Shown piece by piece: positions 8,188 through 16,859 of a DNA stretch of 52,680 nt. Origin of the DNA: a virus (lineage: Duplodnaviria; Caudoviricetes); the IMG/VR virus record IMGVR_UViG_3300035670_000286, positions 1 through 52,680 of that record, one strand, 5' to 3'. Below the pieces are notes generated by a model. That model saw only the letters and a program-made list of their open reading frames with translations. It had not been told where the DNA came from and did not search any database. Both the position numbers and the translations under genes were made by a program. Every line of letters begins with the position of its first letter. The first letter of the stretch is position 1.

Positions 8188-8444
8188 TTTAATGAATATT
8201 CATCTAAAAGTTGTTTTTGATAAAATCGTTTTTCTTGAATTGTTTTTTCTTTGAATGTTTTTCTAGGATTAGAACACATTATACAACTAGGATCGCCACA
8301 ATTTAAAGCATGGTGTTTTACGAATCGATGTGCTTCTTTTACATCTAAACCATGAGACTTTGCAATCTTTACTTGTTTTCGAATTGCATGTTCATCTCTC
8401 ATGATGCGTTTACCATGTTTCTCTCTGTCAATATCATTGCTCAT
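8184..8444 (-). CDS. Hypothetical basic protein with a Cys/His cluster (possible Zn binding)
   Basis: KHHALNCGDPSCIMCSNPR; AAGGAG SD. Confidence 0.7.
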   Translation of the reverse strand: MSNDIDREKHGKRIMRDEHAIRKQVKIAKSHGLDVKEAHRFVKHHALNCGDPSCIMCSNPRKTFKEKTIQEKRFYQKQLLDEYSLK

Positions 8445-8472
8445 ATTATCTCCTTTAAATTAAGCAATTAGA

Positions 8473-9237
8473 TTAAGCGACATTCCAGATCAATGCTCCT
8501 TTCGTTCCGTTTGCTTTTACAAATTCCCATAACTTTGCATCATAATACTTTTCACTAGGATATGGGGGCGCATACTGCTCTTCGATTGCTTGATCATATT
8601 TGTATGGCGACCTCATTACTTCTGCACGACCTTTTTCATAGTCACTCATCTTGTGACCAATCTCAACCGCAAACGCAGGCACATCAGGAAATGCTAATTG
8701 CAATCCACGATTAAGTGTTCCGCTTGATGCGACTGTCCAGATTTGTGTAGGTTTGATTTTTAATGATCGTGCGACTTTGATGATTGATCCTAAGACGGTT
8801 GGGTGTTCAAGACCAAGAGGCAATACTCTACGACTAACAGTATCTTCTTCGTAGTATTTCCTAGCCTTTGCTTTGGTTACATTCAACATACCATTTGCTA
8901 CCCAATGAATAGTGCCGCCCATGTTTAAAACTTGTTGTTGATGCCAAGTTGGTGCAGCACGTTTAGCCATGAAAAACGTTGCTTTCTTTCCATATTTATT
9001 ACAAACGTGTGTTAGAGAAATAGGTCCCCATCCAACTTTGTTTGCACCACCGAAAACCCATTCATCACCCTCCGTGCTTACAAGATAGTCAATGAATCTT
9101 GCTTTACTTCCATAACCTAACTTATCATCACGAACAACATGAAACCCGTTATGTTCTTCTACTACTGGAGGCGGATAAGGGTCTTCCCATCCTTTAATTG
9201 TATCAAGATATTCTTCAGGTGTCAATAAGTTTAGCAT
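8473..9237 (-). CDS. PLP-dependent enzyme, fold type II (tryptophan synthase beta / PALP superfamily)
   Basis: VVRDD...GSKAR (PLP lysine), VASSGTL phosphate-binding loop, YDAKLW and IWNVA C-terminal motifs. Confidence 0.78.
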   Translation of the reverse strand: MLNLLTPEEYLDTIKGWEDPYPPPVVEEHNGFHVVRDDKLGYGSKARFIDYLVSTEGDEWVFGGANKVGWGPISLTHVCNKYGKKATFFMAKRAAPTWHQQQVLNMGGTIHWVANGMLNVTKAKARKYYEEDTVSRRVLPLGLEHPTVLGSIIKVARSLKIKPTQIWTVASSGTLNRGLQLAFPDVPAFAVEIGHKMSDYEKGRAEVMRSPYKYDQAIEEQYAPPYPSEKYYDAKLWEFVKANGTKGALIWNVA

Positions 9238-10315
9238 GTAATTTTTCCTCTGTCACTATGTCTACGACAAGATGAATACGTTCTTCATCGCCGCCGTTTA
9301 CTGCCATATGTGCTTTGCGTGTATCTAGAAACCAGCACTCACCAACTTTCATATGCACCTTCTGTGCATTACCTTTTACATCCCAAACAGTAAACTCAAC
9401 TTTGTCGTTTGTCTTGATTGGAAAATGTAGTCTAGCAAGTTTACCTTTCGAGCCACCTGAGTCAGGGTCAACTTGGTCGGTATGGCGTTCAAGTTCTCCA
9501 CCACCAGGTTTCAATCGCATGAATCTAACGCGGTGTAATGTGCTTCCATAATTTTTCAATAGTTCTTTTACTTCTTCGAATTGTTCGAATAAGTGAGTGT
9601 CTTGCATAAAGAAGTTTTCGTCTTTGTGTTCTTCTTTCCACTTGTCGCTCATTTCGATTGGCTTGGTGATAAACTCTGGATTCGGAGAGTATCCACGCAA
9701 TGACAATGCCGACCATGATTTGTCCTTGTTGTAATTACTGTAATGATTGGTAAATGCAGGCAGTAAATTTAGTTTTGAATGTATCGATTCTATCACAGAA
9801 ACATCCACGTTGTCAACTTTCTTGATTGACAATAATTCAGCAGAGTCGAATTTGGGAAACTGTCGCGGCTTACCTCTGTAGTAAATTGCATAGATTTCTC
9901 CGTATGTGGTAATCTTAGGACCGGCATAACAGAATCCTAAATCTTCTGCTAGTTGACAATGTGCTTTGTTTTCTGCCCACACATACATCCAGCAATCTCT
10001 AGTCTTATATTTGACAATCTCAAGTTCAAGAATATCAGGTGAACCAACTAACTTACTGAAAGTGATATCGCCTTTTTGTTTCTTTGCAATAACAGTTTCG
10101 CCATGCATTGTGATGTTGCTTGCAGACTTTGATTCTGCAATTTCAAGCATAGTGTCATCAGTTAATTTAACTAGTGTACCTTTATGTAAAGATTCTGCAA
10201 TGTTATTCTTTTTAAACTTTGCAAAAGGAGAAAGTGTGTATGCATTGTAGTCTGCATATTTTGCTTCTAGACTTTTTAGATAGTCTAGTTCAAACCCATG
10301 TTGCCAATCTTTCAT
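9215..10315 (-). CDS. Fusion of a GNAT-like N-terminal domain and an Asp/Asn beta-hydroxylase-like 2OG-Fe(II) dioxygenase
   Basis: C-half VRFMRLKPGG-ELERHTD...RLHFPIKTN...DTRKAH.AVN....RIHLVVD (HxD...H...R); N-half VWAENKAHCQLAEDLGF resembles GNAT motif B. Confidence 0.72.
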   Translation of the reverse strand: MKDWQHGFELDYLKSLEAKYADYNAYTLSPFAKFKKNNIAESLHKGTLVKLTDDTMLEIAESKSASNITMHGETVIAKKQKGDITFSKLVGSPDILELEIVKYKTRDCWMYVWAENKAHCQLAEDLGFCYAGPKITTYGEIYAIYYRGKPRQFPKFDSAELLSIKKVDNVDVSVIESIHSKLNLLPAFTNHYSNYNKDKSWSALSLRGYSPNPEFITKPIEMSDKWKEEHKDENFFMQDTHLFEQFEEVKELLKNYGSTLHRVRFMRLKPGGGELERHTDQVDPDSGGSKGKLARLHFPIKTNDKVEFTVWDVKGNAQKVHMKVGECWFLDTRKAHMAVNGGDEERIHLVVDIVTEEKLHAKLIDT

Positions 10316-10911
10316 GCTTCATCCTTTTCATACCAAGTCTCAACTACTTGAGGAACAAGTTCAGTAGTACCATTCATTCTTTGTCTTTTAAAAAATTCAA
10401 CATTGGCTTTCTTATGCGCTCTCTTGAGAATCATTTGTTTTCTCGTTGCGCGTTCTAATGCAAATTTAGAAGCACGTTCTTTAAAAGTTACACCTTCTAA
10501 ATGATCATATTCATGCAGAATAACTCTTGCAGTCATACCACCATACTTTTCAGTGTGTGTTTCTCCATCTGACGTTTGAAAACGAATTCTAACCCAGTCA
10601 GGTCTTTTAATCTTCATATACAATAAAGGAAAACTTAAGCAACCCTCATCCAAAAGAATTTCGTTTTCGGACTGATCTACAATTATAGGATTAAAAATGA
10701 CAAGAGGATCAACATCAATTCGAATTGCAAAAATTCTATATGGTACGCCTACTTGATTTGCAGACAATCCTAAACCATTTCTCTGAGTCATGAGTGAATA
10801 TAACTCTTTCTCAAATTCAACGGGATCAAATGGCGGATTATTGAAATCAAATTCTAAACAAGGTTCTCTCAATCCTTTATGTGTTTCTGGAACTAAAGCA
10901 AGATTCATCAT
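10312..10911 (-). CDS. def: Peptide deformylase
   Basis: GLGLSANQVG, EGCLS and HEYDHLEG motifs. Confidence 0.95.
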   Translation of the reverse strand: MMNLALVPETHKGLREPCLEFDFNNPPFDPVEFEKELYSLMTQRNGLGLSANQVGVPYRIFAIRIDVDPLVIFNPIIVDQSENEILLDEGCLSFPLLYMKIKRPDWVRIRFQTSDGETHTEKYGGMTARVILHEYDHLEGVTFKERASKFALERATRKQMILKRAHKKANVEFFKRQRMNGTTELVPQVVETWYEKDEA

Positions 10912-12620
10912 TTTACAATCCTCGAAAAATTATTTACTTTCTCATATTTAATCGTGTGTGAAAACTTATCTTGAAGAATATCGCCTTTGTGGCTGATAAC
11001 AAACAGATTGGTGCTTTCAAGCATATCCAAAATCTTCATCAAGTCTTCAGTACCATTTGCATCGAGTGACGAATCAAAGATTTCATCAAGTATCAAAAGA
11101 TTTGTGCTTGCCGAATTCTTTAACTTAGCAACTGCACGCCATGTCAACATCAATGCCATATCGATACGTTGCTTCTCACCTTCACTAAATGATGCATAGG
11201 TGAAGTCATCGCGGTAACGCGACTTGATGGTTTCTTTGAAAGATTCATCAAGATTAAAATTCACAAAGAAATCTAATGAAGACAAATACTTGTTTACCAA
11301 CTTATTGATAACAGGAATGTATTGCTTGATGATCTTAGTTTTGATACCAGTATCTTTCAAAAGACTTGTAGCAGTTTCATAATACTGTCTTTCCTCAGAA
11401 AGAGTTTTCATGTTGGTTTCATGTTCAACAAGTTCCTCATTCAAAGTTATCAGTTTACGATTTTCTTCTTCAACATCTTCCTTTGAATTGCGAATGCGTT
11501 CAATGTCTCTTTTCAGAGTTTCAATATATCGTTTCTCTGCCGCAATCTCAGATTGAATTTCAGTCAGTTCAGATTTTTTAGTTGTAATCAGTTCTGAAAT
11601 GCGTTCAATCTCTTCCTGTCGTTCTGCTAGTTGATCAACTTCATCATTCAACTTATTCAAAGCATCTTCAACTTCTTTTAGTTTACCTTTACGTTCTTCG
11701 ACAATTGTATGCTTATGCTCATGAGGAATGCCTTGCTTACATGTAGGACATTCATCATTAGAATGATAGAAGTCAATATCAGCATTGACCTTAGTAATTG
11801 TCTTACTTAGGTTAGTTTTGATTGTAGCAAACTTGGATAGTTTACCATCGACCTTAGATTTGTCTGAAATTTGTATGCATAGATCAGACAAAATATTGGA
11901 TGTATCGGACTCTTTAGTTTGACTCTCGGCAATCTTAAACTCGGTGTTTGCAATTTCAAGTTCTTGTTGTGCAATCTTTGATTCAGTATTCTTCTTCAAG
12001 TTTTCAATAAACTGAATCTGCATCTGAATCTTTTCAGTCTTCAGATCAAAAGCATATTTCGCTTCTTGGTATTGTTCTTTGAGAATTTGAAACTTCTCTT
12101 TTAAAACACCATTCATGCGCGAGAAAATTTGAATGTCAAGCAAGTCTTCGATGATGGCTCTACGATCCGCAGCAGACAATTGCATGAACGGAGTAAATGA
12201 TGCGCTACCCAACATCACAATCTGAGTGAACGATTTGTAGTTCAACTTGAGAATGAATTTTTCAAGATGTTCTTGGTAGTCTTTGACTGCTGCGGATTGT
12301 GTAACAAGTGTGCCGTTACAATAAATTTCAAACACGTTCGGTTTAATGCCGCGAACAATTTTGTATGACTTATTACCTGCATCAAACTCAACTTCAACCA
12401 AGCAATCTTTTTCATTGATTGTATTGACTAACTGTGTTTTATTGATATTGCGAAATGCTTTACCAAACAAAACAAATGTCAATGCATCAAGCATAGTAGA
12501 TTTGCCCGATCCGTTTGATCCTACAATAAGTGTGGTTGTGTTATTACACAAGTCCATCTCGGTGAAGTAATTTCCGGTTGACAAGAAATTCTTCCATTTC
12601 AATTTACGAAATACAATCAT
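10908..12620 (-). CDS. g46: Recombination endonuclease ATPase subunit (Rad50/SbcC-like)
   Basis: GSNGSGKS, coiled coil with a CPTC hook, FSEGE signature, LILDE, ISH. Confidence 0.95.
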   Translation of the reverse strand: MIVFRKLKWKNFLSTGNYFTEMDLCNNTTTLIVGSNGSGKSTMLDALTFVLFGKAFRNINKTQLVNTINEKDCLVEVEFDAGNKSYKIVRGIKPNVFEIYCNGTLVTQSAAVKDYQEHLEKFILKLNYKSFTQIVMLGSASFTPFMQLSAADRRAIIEDLLDIQIFSRMNGVLKEKFQILKEQYQEAKYAFDLKTEKIQMQIQFIENLKKNTESKIAQQELEIANTEFKIAESQTKESDTSNILSDLCIQISDKSKVDGKLSKFATIKTNLSKTITKVNADIDFYHSNDECPTCKQGIPHEHKHTIVEERKGKLKEVEDALNKLNDEVDQLAERQEEIERISELITTKKSELTEIQSEIAAEKRYIETLKRDIERIRNSKEDVEEENRKLITLNEELVEHETNMKTLSEERQYYETATSLLKDTGIKTKIIKQYIPVINKLVNKYLSSLDFFVNFNLDESFKETIKSRYRDDFTYASFSEGEKQRIDMALMLTWRAVAKLKNSASTNLLILDEIFDSSLDANGTEDLMKILDMLESTNLFVISHKGDILQDKFSHTIKYEKVNNFSRIVK

Positions 12621-13693
12621 TCAATATTCTCAGTAGAAAGTGCTTCAACATATAGTTCACGCATCAAAGTTTTCAGTTTGTTTGTGTCTGAAATATTTAG
12701 GCTCTGTGCATCAATATAATTTGATAGTATTGTCATGGTATCTTGTGCTTCATCAACAATATCACTATCAGCCTCTTCGTTTATTAAATCGCTGAAATCT
12801 TCAACAATAGTAACGTCCGCTGGAGTTTGTTTATAAACTTCATCCAACAGTTTGTCGAATAGATATGGATTCTGTTTGTTGATAACAACAACCTTCACAT
12901 ATCCATTTTTATATCTACTAAAGTCAATGATCTTCAATTGCTCCATCTGCAACTGTTTGTCATCATAGTTGAGTTTGAAGAATTTGCGAATTGGATTGTT
13001 TACCAATTCAAACTTCAGAGTATCGGTATCAAAGAGTGCAAAATACTTTGTGTCTTTGTAGTCTGACCAAAACAACTCATAAGGTGTACCTAGATACATT
13101 ACGTTGTCTTGTGTTGAATGCGTATGATAGTGACCGCTAATAACTTGATTGTAATTGCCTAAGAATGACGCGCCGATGCCATCATGACTCTGCACACCTT
13201 TCGACAAATTAAATCCTGCAAGTTCAAAGTGACCCATGCAATATGGTGATGTAGAGTTTTGAACGAAATCAAAAATCTTCTGTTCGTTTTCTTTACAAAT
13301 CCATGGCACCATATCAATCTTGATGCCATCAATTTCTAAAGTACCAACATCTTGCCAAAGAGTTATATTCGTATAGTCGCGCAAAAGCAAGCCTGGAGAA
13401 TTTACCTCCAAACTTTCGCGCCAGAAAATGTCGTGGTTACCAATCAATGCATGAATATGAATTCCATACTCTTTGCACTTGTCAAAGAAGTATCGTCTGC
13501 TTTCAGTCAACGATAAGAAGTTTATATACTTACGGCGATCAAAAAGATCGCCTAGTTGAATGATAGTGCGAACACCCTTATCCAGAAGGGTAGGAAAGAA
13601 GACGTTGTTATAAAAGTCCTCATAGTATTCATGGAAGATTTTTGAATCGTTTCTGACTCCAAAATGTGTGTCACCTAGTATAGCGATTTTCAT
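12617..13693 (-). CDS. g47: Recombination endonuclease nuclease subunit (Mre11/SbcD-like)
   Basis: GDTHFG, GDLFD, GNHD and SGHYH phosphoesterase motifs; adjacent to g46. Confidence 0.95.
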   Translation of the reverse strand: MKIAILGDTHFGVRNDSKIFHEYYEDFYNNVFFPTLLDKGVRTIIQLGDLFDRRKYINFLSLTESRRYFFDKCKEYGIHIHALIGNHDIFWRESLEVNSPGLLLRDYTNITLWQDVGTLEIDGIKIDMVPWICKENEQKIFDFVQNSTSPYCMGHFELAGFNLSKGVQSHDGIGASFLGNYNQVISGHYHTHSTQDNVMYLGTPYELFWSDYKDTKYFALFDTDTLKFELVNNPIRKFFKLNYDDKQLQMEQLKIIDFSRYKNGYVKVVVINKQNPYLFDKLLDEVYKQTPADVTIVEDFSDLINEEADSDIVDEAQDTMTILSNYIDAQSLNISDTNKLKTLMRELYVEALSTENIE

Positions 13694-13862
13694 TCTTATA
13701 TTGTTTACCTTGTGTAACTGGTTTCCTTAGAGACTTGTCTATTGTATCACGAATGTTCGTGAGATGCAAGACTGCTTGCGCTCTTAAATCTTGTGGTGAT
13801 TTTTTGTTGTTTACAATATTTAACCAGTGTTCAAGTTGTGCTGGGATAGGCGTTGTCATCAT
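13671..13862 (-). CDS. Hypothetical protein between g55 and g47
   Basis: 63-aa ORF that fills the gap and overlaps both neighbours. Confidence 0.6.
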   Translation of the reverse strand: MMTTPIPAQLEHWLNIVNNKKSPQDLRAQAVLHLTNIRDTIDKSLRKPVTQGKQYKNENRYTR

Positions 13863-14439
13863 CGTTCTCCAAAAACTGCTCTAGTTTCCCTTTCTTTCTG
13901 GAAGTTCTAGGCTTCTTTACTTTTGTTACCCTATTCTTTTTATTACTTTCAAATGTCTCAATGAAGTCGGAGATAAATGCTTCGCTATATGCATCATGCA
14001 TAACGCCGTTAAGACCGGTAATCACAAAGTCTTCTCCGTTGTTCTCAACCAAAGAGTTGATAACTTCATTCTCCATACTCTTATACTTAATATATAGATG
14101 CTTTTTCTCCTTTTGAATTCTACGGAGAAACGCATAGTAAATAATTTGGGTAAAGTATGCGAATGGGTTTTTGGATTTTTCTGGATCAAAGTTGTCGATG
14201 TAGAGTAGGCAATTTTCTACTCCATCAGACACCATATCTTCTTTGAATGTGTAGTTGGCGAAATTAGGCTTTCGCGCAAGATGCGTTGCTATCTTGAATA
14301 GGCAATCGCCGATGTAATTAGGAACCCTTGGTCGTTCGGCATTGTTTTCCTTAGCAATAATAACATCGTTTCGAAACTTTGTCATTTCACTCAAGAAACG
14401 TTCGTTATCCACATAGTGGCGGGTGTTTTCTTTTTTCAT
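13831..14439 (-). CDS. g55: Late-transcription sigma factor
   Basis: HYVDN, YIGDC..KIA..L...PNF.NY, DGVENC..Y..NFDPEKSKNPFAYFTQIIYYAFLRRIQKEK. Confidence 0.95.
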   Translation of the reverse strand: MKKENTRHYVDNERFLSEMTKFRNDVIIAKENNAERPRVPNYIGDCLFKIATHLARKPNFANYTFKEDMVSDGVENCLLYIDNFDPEKSKNPFAYFTQIIYYAFLRRIQKEKKHLYIKYKSMENEVINSLVENNGEDFVITGLNGVMHDAYSEAFISDFIETFESNKKNRVTKVKKPRTSRKKGKLEQFLENDDDNAYPSTT

Positions 14440-14459
14440 AATATTTCCTTCTCTTTATG

Positions 14460-14488
14460 TTGACAGGGGCTTGACAAGTGTGTATAAT
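14460..14488 (+). promoter_or_regulatory. Perfect sigma70 promoter on the non-coding strand (antisense)
   Basis: TTGACA (14460-14465) - 17 bp - TATAAT (14483-14488); a second TTGACA at 14471-14476. Confidence 0.75.
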
Positions 14489-14511
14489 CAGGGTGTCCTG
14501 TTTGAAATGAA

Positions 14512-14907
14512 TCAATGGAGTGTGTGTTTGGTGTTAGATGACTGCATCATGTCCTTTAACATTTCCTCAATCTTCGAAAGATTTTCTGAAGTATCATCTT
14601 CCTCTTTGTGATCTTCTTCTTCTTCAAAGTCTTTTGAATCATACTTGTTATAAACTTCAAGATAGTTGTCTCGAAACTCTTCAGACGGTTCAGACACAGA
14701 AACAATAGATTGTTTAAAAATTCTTGAAGGCAAATTAAAATCTGCAATCGGGTCCCACTTCATAAGTGCTACAGCCATACTACCACTTGGTGTAGCATGA
14801 ATAACAACTTTCAAAGGTCGATGAACCTCAACATAGCCGCGAGATTCTTCGGTGATGTTACCTATCACAGTCTCTCCGCTATTTAACTTTAAAACTTTAC
14901 ACAGCAT
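14512..14907 (-). CDS. Conserved T4-like hypothetical protein between uvsW and g55 (Sm-like beta N-terminus, acidic tail)
   Basis: KVLKLNSGETVIG start, acidic C-terminus ending HTLH; syntenic position. Confidence 0.7.
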   Translation of the reverse strand: MLCKVLKLNSGETVIGNITEESRGYVEVHRPLKVVIHATPSGSMAVALMKWDPIADFNLPSRIFKQSIVSVSEPSEEFRDNYLEVYNKYDSKDFEEEEDHKEEDDTSENLSKIEEMLKDMMQSSNTKHTLH

Positions 14908-14908
14908 T

Positions 14909-16369
14909 TTATTCTTCCTTTAGGTTGATTGTGTAAATTTTGTATTCAAACTTCTCATCGTTGTATATCTTCATACGTTCCATAAAATGATCTAAGGTAA
15001 AGTTCTTTCTACTCTTATATGTAATGTCATCACTAATATCAAATAGAGTAGCAACTTCTTTGTTATCACCTAAACGCAATCCACGACCAATCGACTGTAA
15101 AGTTCTAATCTTAGACTTTGATGGACTTGCGAATATAATATTATGTAGATTACGAATATTGATGCCTGTAGAGAATGTCCCATATGATGCAACAATGATA
15201 GCATTCGATTCTTGTTCTGTAATTCTACGCACCTCTTCACGTTCATCTACACCAACATCACCGTGAATGAAAAACACAGGACGTTCGTCATCAACGTTAT
15301 CTCGTATCATATTATATAATATTCTGCCGTGTTTGTCAACAAATTGATATAACAAAAGTGTGTTACCTTTGAGACTGATGGCAAGGTTTCGAATGAATTT
15401 ATTTCGTGACGGCTTACCCACAATATAATTTATTTCTTCTTGGTACTTGAAGTTCTTACATGCTTTACATGATTCTTCGTCATGCTTCAGAATCAACGCT
15501 TTGATTTTAAATTTAGCAAGTCTGCCTGAATCAATAAGTTCTTTTGTTGTGGTAATTTGTTTTACTCTACCAAACAATCCTTCTAGCACCAACTTATGTG
15601 TTTGAGTTCCGTCTAGTGTTCCTGTCAAACCAAATCTATACTTGCACTCAGTTAATTTAGTTAGAATGGAAGTTAATGATTGTGCTTTGAATAGGTGTGC
15701 TTCATCACCAATGACTAGATCAAATTGTGAGAACCATTCTTTAGGTAACTTGTAAATTGACTGCCAAGTAGAAATTACAATTGGTAACTTTGTTTGTTTA
15801 TCTGCGCCAGCCATAATTTGATGCACATATTGATTGCTATCAAATCCATAGTCTTCAAAGTCTTTATACAACTGTGCAACTAGTGAGATTGTTGGGACAA
15901 TCACTAATGTCTTACAGTTGAACCAACGAACAAGCAAATAGATGATGAGAGATTTGCCTGATGCAGTAGGTGATAGTAGCATTGATCTTCGATTACGAAC
16001 AGAATGCACAAATGCTTTTACTTGATAATCTCTTGGAGCAAAAGGTATGCCTAGAGTGTCAATAAACTCCATAGCATCGTTGAGTGAGAATTCATCTGAG
16101 CCTTCTACCGATTCATCAAGTTCAATTTCATATTCGCGTTCTTCAGCGAATCGTTGAATATGAGGAAGAAGTCCTGCATAGATTTGGTGTGTTTGATAAT
16201 TGAACAGGCGAATCTTTCCATCCCAAATCTTATTACGAAATGCGGGCATGAATTTATAGCCAGGAACATAGAAGGTGAAATATTCATTGAGTTCCATTGC
16301 GTCTGAGGATTCACAACGAATGTGTAGATATACCTCATTGACTTTTGAAATGTATAATTTATTGGACAC
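14909..16369 (-). CDS. uvsW: SF2 DNA/RNA-DNA helicase UvsW
   Basis: WDGKIRLF, RDYQ, SPTASGKS, DEAH, TGT, QSIGRGLR; GTG start at 16369 is inferred. Confidence 0.95.
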   Translation of the reverse strand: MSNKLYISKVNEVYLHIRCESSDAMELNEYFTFYVPGYKFMPAFRNKIWDGKIRLFNYQTHQIYAGLLPHIQRFAEEREYEIELDESVEGSDEFSLNDAMEFIDTLGIPFAPRDYQVKAFVHSVRNRRSMLLSPTASGKSLIIYLLVRWFNCKTLVIVPTISLVAQLYKDFEDYGFDSNQYVHQIMAGADKQTKLPIVISTWQSIYKLPKEWFSQFDLVIGDEAHLFKAQSLTSILTKLTECKYRFGLTGTLDGTQTHKLVLEGLFGRVKQITTTKELIDSGRLAKFKIKALILKHDEESCKACKNFKYQEEINYIVGKPSRNKFIRNLAISLKGNTLLLYQFVDKHGRILYNMIRDNVDDERPVFFIHGDVGVDEREEVRRITEQESNAIIVASYGTFSTGINIRNLHNIIFASPSKSKIRTLQSIGRGLRLGDNKEVATLFDISDDITYKSRKNFTLDHFMERMKIYNDEKFEYKIYTINLKEE

Positions 16370-16796
16370 CGTTTGTAAACTTCTTCCAGTCAATTGCATT
16401 CTTGATTTGGAAGTTTCGCTGATTAATGTTCTTGATAACTTCTTCGAGAAATGCTAGTTTTTCTTTTTGATTGACAATCTTGACACTCGACTGTATAATA
16501 TCTTTGTCGGATTCCAGATACATGTCTATTTCGTTTTTCATCAATCGTTTCATGAATGGTTCCCAATTCAATTCATCTAATTCTTCTTGGGATAATTTAC
16601 CATTATAGTATTCGTATTTCTTGAGAGAAAGTTCTTTCGACTGAAACTCAATTGACTTCAGTTTGCGCCTTTCTTCGAAATACATCTTAAGATACTTAGC
16701 ATGAAGTTCGGGTACTTGCATTGAAGAAACCCCTAGTTCAGTAGCATCAATTGGCGCGTCTTTACGCCACTCTTCCATCAGTTGATCTAACGTCAT
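16359..16796 (-). CDS. uvsY: Recombination mediator UvsY
   Basis: W.KD..ID, LHAKYL, YYNGK, RNFQIKNAIDW; syntenic with uvsW. Confidence 0.9.
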   Translation of the reverse strand: MTLDQLMEEWRKDAPIDATELGVSSMQVPELHAKYLKMYFEERRKLKSIEFQSKELSLKKYEYYNGKLSQEELDELNWEPFMKRLMKNEIDMYLESDKDIIQSSVKIVNQKEKLAFLEEVIKNINQRNFQIKNAIDWKKFTNGVQ

Positions 16797-16830
16797 AATA
16801 TCTCTCCATACACACTCTAAGTTTCTTCAC

Positions 16831-16859
16831 ATCATAACACAACCTAGGCAGGTTGTCAA
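16831..16859 (-). promoter_or_regulatory. sigma70-type promoter for uvsY-uvsW-g55-g47-g46
   Basis: TTGACA (16859-16854) - 17 bp - TATGAT (16836-16831); spacer contains the inverted repeat ACAACCT-N4-AGGTTGT. Confidence 0.8.

Noticed and set aside
14459-14477. Pho-box-like 11-bp direct repeat on the minus strand (TTGTCA-AGCCC-CTGTCA) upstream of g55
   Set aside because: The spacer is GC-rich and no -10 element lies at the expected distance; the plus-strand sigma70 promoter explains it better. An OmpR-family site cannot be fully excluded.
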